44,041 nt of DNA from a virus (taxonomy: Duplodnaviria; Heunggongvirae; Uroviricota; Caudoviricetes): positions 1 through 44,041 of the IMG/VR virus record IMGVR_UViG_3300031998_000032; one strand, given 5' to 3'. Below, piece by piece: positions 8,901 to 16,718 of this stretch (positions are counted from its first letter, which is position 1; each line of letters begins with the position of its first letter). The translations under genes were made by a program, and so were the position numbers. The notes under the pieces were generated by a model. The model ran no database searches and was not told where the DNA came from. It saw only the letters and a list, made by a program, of their open reading frames with translations.

Positions 8901-11900
8901 CTAAGAAATGGGGAATTAATATCGAACCGGACCTGAAAGTCAAGACCGGCAATCTCGAACAACTCAAGAAAGTAAGGGATGATATTGCAAAACGTCTTGA
9001 TATAACAGTCCTCAATCCCGCGACAAGAGAAGGACTTGAGGAATTGAGCAAAGAACTGAATAAGGTTATTCTCCTCGAGGAAACAGCCAAGGAGTACGGA
9101 TTCCTATACGGCGAAGATAAGAAAAAAAGTGATGGTACCGGCTATAAAGCAGAATTCGAGAAGCGGTGGGATGAGCGTATTCGCATCATGAAGGAAGCCT
9201 ACGATTGGTATGACAAATGGGAGAAGTTGGTCGGACATGACAAGGCGTTGGAGAAGGTCAACGAACGTTATCAGGATATATTCGAGCAGTGGCGCACCGA
9301 CAACAAGATACCGCTTGATTTCGACATCAAGGATATAGCCGATTACAAGAAGTATGTGGAGCAGATACGCGACTCCGCTCTTGAACTTTATAACAAACAG
9401 AAGAATAACCCGGCCAAGAATAACGGTCAGGAGGCTCTGCGTGTATACCGTCAGGCTGTATCATTACTTACCGATATCAATTACGATAACGTCACCAAGG
9501 CAGCAGAGAAGTTCAGTTCCATAATCAAGAAGACCCTTGATGATATGGATAAGAGGTGGGATCTCTACAGGTCCGTCCTGGAGGCCACCCATGATCAACA
9601 GATGGCTTATGACATAGCCGGTATGTCTGAAAGTGAAATGGAGGTTAGTACCGAGGCGGCCGCTGCACGTATCAACCTTGAGGATTTGATATCCGATGCA
9701 GGATTCTCAGGTATAGAACTCGATCTGTCACTTGACGAGGAAGGTATACGTGATATGTTCAAAAATGCCATACCTGACACAGATGACGTCGATAAGTATG
9801 CAACCAAAATCAACGGTCTCGTAGATGCGTATCAGAAATGGCAGGAGCTGCAACGTGAGATCATCAAATCGGATGTGCAGGTGTTCGCAAGACTCATGGG
9901 TGGCGGTCAGTCCTACGAAGATCAGCTTCATAACATCAACGAAGAAGTACGTGAGCAGATAGGAGCCAACCTCCGTCTCGCTAATCTGTATAAAGAGACA
10001 GAAGGCAAGAAAGGTATCTCTCCCGAACAAGAAGCTGAAGCCAACAGACGCGCCATAGCTCAGGGTGATTATAAGAAGCTCCAGCTCTCCGCCAACTATA
10101 TCAATGCCATGAACAACGCTGTTGCTATGACAAGCGATAAGTTTGAGGAGGTTAAAAAATCTATCGACGCCACTCTCGAGTCGATGCTCAGACATGGCGA
10201 TATATCCAAAGAGCAGTATGTGACTGAGAAGCAGCGTCTTGATACTGCTGAACAAAGTCGTATCGGTGCACCCGGTAGCGCTTTTGAAGCTCAATTACGG
10301 GGAGGCTTTGAAGGTCGTGCTTCATATTACCGCTCTTTGCAGAGTATGTACCTGAATCAGATGGGTGCCTCTGAATACTCCGAGGATGCTGATTCCGCAT
10401 ATCAGACGAATAAGAGGAACGCTGAGGCCGCTAAGATTCTGGCTGATGAGGCACAGAAGATGGCTGTCGCTCTTGAGAGAGTTCAGAATGCAGCAAACAA
10501 ATTGATTTCTGCTATGAACTACTCCAAGGAATTCTTCAACGCGATAGGTGACAAGGATACAGGATCGGGTTTAGAGAAAGCAGGTACGATGCTGAGCTCG
10601 TTATACAACGGAGTGTCGACGGGAGCACAGATAGGAGGAGTGTGGGGCGGTATAATAGGAGGTGCCTTGGGTATGGTTGTCGGTGCATTCCAAGTGCAAC
10701 ATCTTGATGCCCAGGAAACGCATCAACGCAACAAACTTCTCATTGACAAATTAAATAATATCAATAAAAACCTTGATAAGATAGCGGAACGCTCTTTAGG
10801 GTATGCATCGATGGATGACCAGACGAAAAGCTATTTTGCCGCTGAAATAGCAAGCCACAAAGAGGGGCGAGAGAGGTTGAAAGAGTTAAAGGATGTCGAT
10901 ACGTCCAATATGACAGAAGAAGAACTGAGAAAGTATGAGAGTGAAGTGGCCTTCAGTCAAGCAAAGGCTAACAAATATAGCGAGCACACTATTAAGGCTA
11001 TGGAAGAAGCTGAAGAAAGTGGAAGTGCTTATATGGCGCAATACGCATCTCTCTTGGCTCAACGAGATCGTGCCGCCAGTGATTTGCGTACCGAAGAAGG
11101 AGATAAGGATGGCTCTAAGGAACAAATAGAATCCTACAAACAGCAGATTGCTGAGTTGGATGACCAAATTATACATTTTGGTCAGGATTTGGCAAAAAAT
11201 CTGTGGGGTATCGACATTAAAGGATGGGCTGATCAGATAAACGATGCTCTCATGAATGCTTTCGAGAACGGCGAGAACGCAGCCAAAGCCTACGAGGACA
11301 CCGTCCGTTCTATCATGCAGAGCGTAACGAGTCAGATGATGAAGATAGGTATTCTGCAGCCGATGATGGATCAACTGCAGAAGCAGCTCTTCGGTACCCA
11401 AAACGATAAAGGCGAGTATGTAGGTGGTACCGTATCATCCAAAGAACTCCTCAATGACCCCGAAGGCTCAGCTAAGAAACTCGTAGAGAAGTCTAAGGAT
11501 TTCTTTGATGAGCAGGGTAACCTCATGATTACCGCCGCCAGGGAATTTTATGAGGGTATGAACGCGATGATGGGTGGCTCTCTCCGTAACCCCGACACCA
11601 AGACACTCTCAGCGAGCGTACAGGGTACCTCTGAGCAGACCTCAGGACTACTTGCCGGTTATGTGGCTACCACCATGCAGGATGTCGCGATGCAGCGCAC
11701 GATGTTGGAGCATTATCTCAATGAGATGTGGCCCACATACATCGATGATTACGTCAAGAGTATGACGAATAACATCAGTTTGATTCAGTCCAACGTAAAG
11801 GATATACGTGATGCTATCGTCGAACCTGGAGGTATGGCGGATATGATCTACGAGATACATAGTATCTTCGATGCGGTATCCAACGGCTCCAGGATCAAGT

Positions 11901-11917
11901 CGATATCTACGGAATAA
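5906..11917 (+). CDS. Tape measure protein
   Basis: 2003 aa, largely helical/coiled-coil. Carries the tape-measure domain LEVIIGNAS.ANELY..IRDMSQMSPYTFQDL...RQLSAFG...L.LAYG...G.L.G...RQF. Confidence 0.92.
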   Translation: MDALQFETEIKGTALRTLEQIQTILESISKKTTITLAVEGFEDFKRFIQSDDFKNIAKNISSAFGGKKAQNVEQFFTNLRNEIEKVKTALKTDDFSTFMNQIEQLTKQFSNLSTEYERFLKSTGTKTGSNLMGNMSKELGDIKGTITQTKLADGSLQQLEQTTRRAEKASRDFEKQQKKQEEQTRRTNEETNKQSSAISQLESMMGRYLSIYAVGRFASEMAQITGELELQKRSLEVIIGNASMANELYGTIRDMSQMSPYTFQDLMKSTRQLSAFGIETKDLYGTMKALSDIGAGLSVDVQRLILAYGHTRSYGYLSGIQNRQFETAGIDMIGGLADRYNRLADAEERAGRAAEHVTRKDVFKRMAKRDISFEDVNAVIMDLDREGGKFFNMQERQFETLGGKLRNLRNNYNIMMSEMGEQNKGILRAGVNLLNELTGNWEKYGEVIKTLIWPLGALKLAMIAVNQTGVEGAKIFSRVTLQGVQIGFGKITSSIKNILTSSTTWITAAIAAIAGIITHFTSMSREAERVAKSMAESAERSAAEIDRILQKYNGGAINISPTKSYVNGSEVTTNNIQFNRDAMRSLNLGYELEELKRKLQSMSPFYEGDLVDIFKLQSQEEQFEAIIRKMESYRQSGDILSAYEDVFADSSKGGFFKGMESLETNLKDYADNITRIGKRLREMRDDDVLTPNLVDGFNKELNGILGDGNLASKVEELRNYFVSTLSLSEDDRYQLFLSWSQGLKDTYVKAMDLTGNGAYQSHASSGNPWRFGDLFRKSAVKSKSDLEANIENVAKGLETALANVDSYETRIATMRTRFTSSMEGANLSADVSRTLFESLLRNVSGRLGNDDYTQFLTTEFMSDFGKSMSDAIKNNPNWTQGQAFDAAAGIAGNIKEQWIQAGRDVASFWGDGFVEELQTSAKSMVSVRQAWQEELQGAFKYQDEQGQDQWGYSEFYNAFTNRVREATESDDIGTFFGETMKKVHDDMAKTIENLFKPASKKWGINIEPDLKVKTGNLEQLKKVRDDIAKRLDITVLNPATREGLEELSKELNKVILLEETAKEYGFLYGEDKKKSDGTGYKAEFEKRWDERIRIMKEAYDWYDKWEKLVGHDKALEKVNERYQDIFEQWRTDNKIPLDFDIKDIADYKKYVEQIRDSALELYNKQKNNPAKNNGQEALRVYRQAVSLLTDINYDNVTKAAEKFSSIIKKTLDDMDKRWDLYRSVLEATHDQQMAYDIAGMSESEMEVSTEAAAARINLEDLISDAGFSGIELDLSLDEEGIRDMFKNAIPDTDDVDKYATKINGLVDAYQKWQELQREIIKSDVQVFARLMGGGQSYEDQLHNINEEVREQIGANLRLANLYKETEGKKGISPEQEAEANRRAIAQGDYKKLQLSANYINAMNNAVAMTSDKFEEVKKSIDATLESMLRHGDISKEQYVTEKQRLDTAEQSRIGAPGSAFEAQLRGGFEGRASYYRSLQSMYLNQMGASEYSEDADSAYQTNKRNAEAAKILADEAQKMAVALERVQNAANKLISAMNYSKEFFNAIGDKDTGSGLEKAGTMLSSLYNGVSTGAQIGGVWGGIIGGALGMVVGAFQVQHLDAQETHQRNKLLIDKLNNINKNLDKIAERSLGYASMDDQTKSYFAAEIASHKEGRERLKELKDVDTSNMTEEELRKYESEVAFSQAKANKYSEHTIKAMEEAEESGSAYMAQYASLLAQRDRAASDLRTEEGDKDGSKEQIESYKQQIAELDDQIIHFGQDLAKNLWGIDIKGWADQINDALMNAFENGENAAKAYEDTVRSIMQSVTSQMMKIGILQPMMDQLQKQLFGTQNDKGEYVGGTVSSKELLNDPEGSAKKLVEKSKDFFDEQGNLMITAAREFYEGMNAMMGGSLRNPDTKTLSASVQGTSEQTSGLLAGYVATTMQDVAMQRTMLEHYLNEMWPTYIDDYVKSMTNNISLIQSNVKDIRDAIVEPGGMADMIYEIHSIFDAVSNGSRIKSISTE

Positions 11918-11941
11918 GACAAATACTTACAAAAAAAACGC

Positions 11942-11975
11942 AAAAGGTGCTGTCTTCTCGGATGGCACCTTTTTT
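11942..11975. terminator. Terminator between the convergent tape measure gene and the minus-strand gene
   Basis: AAAAGGTGCTGTC-TTCTCG-GATGGCACCTTTT hairpin with an A run on the left and a T run on the right. Confidence 0.7.
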
Positions 11976-12013
11976 GCTCTAATGCGAAAAATCAAAATAG
12001 TAAAAAATCCAGG

Positions 12014-12511
12014 TCAGAAACGGTTTTTGTATTTTATATCCTTGTCAGCGTTAAGAATGGTGTCCGGAGAATGACGGACGACGAAGACCTTCGCCAAATC
12101 CTCTTTCTCCACCGTCACCTGAGCCTTGTCGAACAGATGTATGATGACGAAGCTCCTGTTCTTGGCGGACACCTTGACGGATGAAGTATCCTGTATATGT
12201 ATGACACCTGATGATATTCCATTGTAGCGAACGGTGCTCTCTGAGTTGCCAGTGATAAGAGCTTTCTCAGGATTAAGCAGGCTGTAGCGGTCGTCGGCGA
12301 CGATATTCTTACTGCGGAGTATAGATCTGTCGAAGTGAGAGATGAGGAAGTCTTTGCTCGGATAGTGATACTTGGAGCAAAAGTTGAGACCCTTGAACAT
12401 CATCTCAGCCATCTTATCTACATCCCAATCCTCGTTCCAATCCTTCTGCCATTGGGCACACATACCCAACGCTATCGCCTGATTTTTAAGTTCTGTGTTC
12501 AGTTTATTCAT
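12014..12511 (-). CDS. Hypothetical protein with C-terminal beta-solenoid-like repeats
   Basis: Likely start MNKLNTELK at 12511 (ORF track extends to 12574). The C-terminal half has roughly 10-residue S.V.V/I repeats. Confidence 0.65.
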   Translation of the reverse strand: MNKLNTELKNQAIALGMCAQWQKDWNEDWDVDKMAEMMFKGLNFCSKYHYPSKDFLISHFDRSILRSKNIVADDRYSLLNPEKALITGNSESTVRYNGISSGVIHIQDTSSVKVSAKNRSFVIIHLFDKAQVTVEKEDLAKVFVVRHSPDTILNADKDIKYKNRF

Positions 12512-12622
12512 GCCGCGAATATAACAATCTTTTATTCCAATAAAAATGAGTTGTATTAAAACATACACATACAATCATCACATTACCAATTGAAACGCTT
12601 TATAAATCTCTATTATATATGC

Positions 12623-12630
12623 TATTTTTG
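12623..12630 (+). promoter_or_regulatory. Bacteroidetes -7 promoter box upstream of the distal tail gene
   Basis: TATTTTTG matches TAnnTTTG, 19 nt before ATG 12650. Confidence 0.5.
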
Positions 12631-12649
12631 GTAAAATTTATTTACAGTA

Positions 12650-13234
12650 ATGGAGAAGGTTAAGACATATATACAGCAATTGGCTTTTGATGGCCTTAAC
12701 TACACCAAAGGAAATGTAGTGGACATTCTGACATCCTTTGGTATCATCTGTCAGGAAATTCCATTCAAATACAAACCTGAGGCGAAGGAATTACCCAAAC
12801 GTGATTGGGCCGGTTATCATGGTGCCGACGTGTTTACGCCCGATGGTGGCCTACCTATCAAGGATTATACTCTTGATGTAGAATTCATGTATGTAGGTAA
12901 GGATGATTACAAGGCTGAGGCGTCCGACGAGCGAAAGATCCGCACGGATATCAAGGCTTTCATAGACTACCTATATGGACACGCCAAGGCGCCAGGTCAG
13001 TCGGGTGGCGTGCAGACCGGCAGGTTGGCTATTTATAACGAGCGTACAGCAATAGGTCGCAAGGATGTTACGGTCAAGAAGGTAGATCCTAAACTCTTCC
13101 TCTGCGACCCATGGGATGACGAATGCCTGGCCCGTTTCTCTGTAACCTTTGATATCAATGACCCTGTGACAGACGTGACACCTGTTGAGGATCAACAGAC
13201 GGGAGTAGTAACCGACTTAACCTGGAGCGTATGA
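12650..13234 (+). CDS. Distal tail protein (Dit-like)
   Basis: 194 aa, first plus-strand gene after the tape measure gene. The KELPKRDW...G.DVF.P....KDY.L.VEF.Y pattern is typical of Bacteroidetes phage tail proteins. Confidence 0.6.
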   Translation: MEKVKTYIQQLAFDGLNYTKGNVVDILTSFGIICQEIPFKYKPEAKELPKRDWAGYHGADVFTPDGGLPIKDYTLDVEFMYVGKDDYKAEASDERKIRTDIKAFIDYLYGHAKAPGQSGGVQTGRLAIYNERTAIGRKDVTVKKVDPKLFLCDPWDDECLARFSVTFDINDPVTDVTPVEDQQTGVVTDLTWSV

Positions 13235-16200
13235 ACAGCATGATAATAGAGAAGCTGGTCGTAGCCGGCGTGTTGTCATCCACAGGTCGCGTCGATAAGG
13301 AGCAGCTTGCAACATACTCACTGACCCACGACATTCTCGTGGTGATGTACGACGTGACAGAGGATGAAGAGATTCATACTTATGTTCGTGCTGTTATAAA
13401 CAAGTGGACCTTCCAGGACAAGGCTATGGGTGAGCAGTTCCTCACCTTCACCCTGAATTCCGAGGTGCCGGTGGCGTGGGCTATAGGTGACTACTGCGTC
13501 TTCCGCGGTGAGATATTCTCCCTCAACTACATACCGTCCGTCACACAGAAGGCAGGTCGTGCCGAGAGACTCGACTCCTACGTCTATGAGAACGTGAAGA
13601 TAAACTCCCTGCAGGATGAGTTAACACGCTGCCAGATGCTCGACGTGGTCCTGGGTGATCACTCCGCATCGGAAGGTACTAACTATACCGGAAGTGCGGT
13701 GTTCGAGCTGTTCTGCGGCGAGACATCGGTGGTGATAGAAGGTACGACTGTAGTACGTACGCCTGTGGCTACGTTGGCGGATAAGATATTGGCTAACCTC
13801 AACCGCCGTTATGGTGATGACGTATGGCATATATATGTCAACTACACCACCACCCACACCGAGGATAAGAAGCTGTTGTTCAACAACCAATATGTCTCAC
13901 AGGCGTTGGCTGAGGTCAAGAACACCTTCGACATCAACTACTGCGTCAAAGGACGTAACATATACATCGGCTACGACATGGCCGACATCACGGGTGACAC
14001 CTCATCTGACATCTTCAAGTTCGGATATGGTAAGGGTTATCCTGTGCATGACGCTGACGGCAAGGGTCTCTTCGAGATAAAGAAGATATCGGATAGCCAA
14101 CAGCAGATAGTGACACGTCTGCGTGTCTTGGGTTCAAGTAAGAACCTGCCGTACCGTTACTATAACAAACACTATCCCAACCTGCCGCAGACGCTGTTTC
14201 CTCTCACTCTCCAGCTTCCGGATACGTTCCTCCCTGAGGGTTATCCTACCGATCTGCCGTCGGCAAACACCAAGTGGGGGCATAACAACGGACGCCCCTC
14301 TACGCTCAACGCTGTCCTCGGTCCTGAGAACGACGGTTACATCGACAAAGGTAACGATGCTGCCGGTCAGCCCGAAGGAATACGTGAGGCTACTGTGCGC
14401 TTCGACGGCTCCGACGGTAAGATAAAGGAGATATACCCAACCATCGAGGATGTCACCTATGACGAGCTGCGTGCCGCCACAGGACTGAAGGATATAGACG
14501 GCACCGAGACACCTTCTCAGTCCGCCTTCCCTGTATATGGCACAGATGAGAAGATAAACCGCATCCTGGCTATCGGCTATGACGCTGACGGCGAGATGGT
14601 CGATGATGCCAACATTGGTAACGGTATACTGTCTGTAGGCCGTGATGACGAGGCACAAGGTACCAAGGAGACGGCGGAGATAGCCACTCAGATATATATG
14701 AATATCAGCTCATGGAACGAGGAAGAAGACTACCTGTATGGCGATGAAGAAGAGCTGTTTCATGTCAATAACGTAGTGAGCGGCAGATACGCCTTCACTC
14801 CTTATGCTTCCAAGGAGCCGTATTATTGGTATAATACCACTATCGAAGGACTCGCTCCCAAGGTAGGATTTATCATACGTGTCAAGCAGACCACCAACGC
14901 CGGTAGTGTCACCAGCACCATTGCCGAGTATGTCTCCGACTGGTATTCGAGCGACGCATGGGTCAAGCTGCCGTCTATACCTGACGCCCTGTTCCTGGAT
15001 AGCGCCAAGGTTAAGGAGATTAAGGTTACCGAGACCTCCAAGGTCACTGTAACCTTCACACCAATCATCGAAAAGTTGGAGGGTATTCGTGACTGTAATT
15101 TTATCTATGGCGTTACCAACAAGGGTACCCACCACGAATACATACCGAAATACGTATGGTGTACCATGGACGAGATAGATAGCGGTAACGTGCCGTTCCA
15201 TATCTACATCAAGGATATGGGCTTTAACCTTACCGCTCAGTTCAACGGCGACACCCCGAAGATATGTATGAAGAGTGGCCTCTGTATAGGCCGTGAGTTC
15301 CAGATAGGAGAGAATATCGAAGAGGTGGAGTATGAGGGTAAGAAGGGTTATAAGCTGACTCTCACCCGTGATCAGGATACGAGTCTCAACACCTACTATC
15401 CGAACACCAACTACGTCCTCGCCGCTAACGATGCGTTTGTCATCACCGGTATCGATATGCCGGATGCTTACGTCCAGGCTGCTGAGCTGCGTCTGCTTGT
15501 CGCTGCTACTGAATGGATGTCGAAGAACGGCTCCACACACTTCCACTATCAGCCGTCGATAGATGACGTATTCCTCAAGCGTAACTATGATAATATGGTC
15601 GCTGCCGGTACTCCGGAGAAGAGTATCTATTGGCGTCTCTATGCCGGTCTGAAGCTGTCGTTCTACGGCATCCCCAATACACCCAACGATACCACACCAG
15701 AGGAGAGCGTCACCATAGACTCTGTGACGATCAACATGGGCGACAACCTGACACGTAAGGTGGAGATCGTACTCAATGACGAACCCAAGCAGAGTACCCT
15801 GCAGAAGGTCGCTGCTTCGGTGGATAAGATCACAAGCACCTTGCAGGCCGGTGGTAGCGGTATGAGTACCGTCACTATGGAGAATACCGTGATGAGGATC
15901 GGTGACAACCGTTACATCTCCAAGGTTTATAACGACACCGCGGATAACGACATCACCTTCAATGGTACCATATCGTTCTCCAAGAGACCGCAGATGCTCG
16001 TCGGTGCACTATTCAGTCAAGACAGCAACGGACTCTACGGTGCTGATATCGATGAGTCCGGAAACATACACTCCAGAAAAAACATATACGCCAACGGAGG
16101 TGTGGCAGCCGGCGGTATCCCAGATCTGCCTATCGTCGGCGGAGGAGGGGGCGGCACTATTACCGAGATAGACATCAACGGCACTCCTCTTGGTGACGAA

Positions 16201-16707
16201 GATGGTGTGGTTAATATACCCCTTGCTACCACAGGCAACGATGGTGCTATGTCCGCCGCCGACAAGACCAAGCTCAACGGCATAGAGACGGGTGCGGAGA
16301 AGAACAAGATAGATGCTATCAAAGTCAATGGTGTGACACAGACCCCTGTAAACAGGGAGGTAAACATAACCATACCCGATGTCCCCGATGTAGTAGCCTA
16401 TAACGACTTGGACGACTCCGAAGAGGAAGACCTGACGAAGGTGGCATCGGCTAAGTCTGTAGCGATACTCAAGGGCGATATAGGAATAAATGACCTCGAC
16501 GAGTTCTCTACAAGCAAGAGCTACTATAGAGGTGATGTATGCAAGGTTACTGACGGAATGGGTGTAGCGCGTGGTTATAGGTTTGAGCAGAACAAGGCCG
16601 CAGGTGCTTGGGACGGAACGAAGGTGGTGAGGCTGACGTATAAGACACTTGCGCAGCCCTGCCACATACTTGAGAGTGACCTGTTATCAATGTTGACAAT
16701 GAATTAA
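13231..16707 (+). CDS. Tail tip / baseplate hub protein with C-terminal fibre-like extension
   Basis: 1158 aa after Dit. N-terminal ...MGEQFLTFTLNSEVPVAWAIGDY..FRGE.F.LNY.P hub-like region, VTRLRVLGSSKNLPYRYY, and a C-terminal GGVAAGG fibre motif. Confidence 0.7.
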   Translation: MNSMIIEKLVVAGVLSSTGRVDKEQLATYSLTHDILVVMYDVTEDEEIHTYVRAVINKWTFQDKAMGEQFLTFTLNSEVPVAWAIGDYCVFRGEIFSLNYIPSVTQKAGRAERLDSYVYENVKINSLQDELTRCQMLDVVLGDHSASEGTNYTGSAVFELFCGETSVVIEGTTVVRTPVATLADKILANLNRRYGDDVWHIYVNYTTTHTEDKKLLFNNQYVSQALAEVKNTFDINYCVKGRNIYIGYDMADITGDTSSDIFKFGYGKGYPVHDADGKGLFEIKKISDSQQQIVTRLRVLGSSKNLPYRYYNKHYPNLPQTLFPLTLQLPDTFLPEGYPTDLPSANTKWGHNNGRPSTLNAVLGPENDGYIDKGNDAAGQPEGIREATVRFDGSDGKIKEIYPTIEDVTYDELRAATGLKDIDGTETPSQSAFPVYGTDEKINRILAIGYDADGEMVDDANIGNGILSVGRDDEAQGTKETAEIATQIYMNISSWNEEEDYLYGDEEELFHVNNVVSGRYAFTPYASKEPYYWYNTTIEGLAPKVGFIIRVKQTTNAGSVTSTIAEYVSDWYSSDAWVKLPSIPDALFLDSAKVKEIKVTETSKVTVTFTPIIEKLEGIRDCNFIYGVTNKGTHHEYIPKYVWCTMDEIDSGNVPFHIYIKDMGFNLTAQFNGDTPKICMKSGLCIGREFQIGENIEEVEYEGKKGYKLTLTRDQDTSLNTYYPNTNYVLAANDAFVITGIDMPDAYVQAAELRLLVAATEWMSKNGSTHFHYQPSIDDVFLKRNYDNMVAAGTPEKSIYWRLYAGLKLSFYGIPNTPNDTTPEESVTIDSVTINMGDNLTRKVEIVLNDEPKQSTLQKVAASVDKITSTLQAGGSGMSTVTMENTVMRIGDNRYISKVYNDTADNDITFNGTISFSKRPQMLVGALFSQDSNGLYGADIDESGNIHSRKNIYANGGVAAGGIPDLPIVGGGGGGTITEIDINGTPLGDEDGVVNIPLATTGNDGAMSAADKTKLNGIETGAEKNKIDAIKVNGVTQTPVNREVNITIPDVPDVVAYNDLDDSEEEDLTKVASAKSVAILKGDIGINDLDEFSTSKSYYRGDVCKVTDGMGVARGYRFEQNKAAGAWDGTKVVRLTYKTLAQPCHILESDLLSMLTMN

Positions 16708-16718
16708 AATATAGAGAT

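Noticed and set aside
11918-12649. Recombinase-driven invertible segment around the counter-oriented gene
   Set aside because: No convincing flanking inverted repeats and no invertase were seen in the window; a fixed historical inversion remains possible.
14710-15546. Long antisense ORFs (also 2898-3557, 4617-5207, 16009-16665, 25417-26091 and similar)
   Set aside because: They lie wholly opposite well-supported genes, lack recognisable motifs or start contexts, and are expected shadows of biased codon usage.
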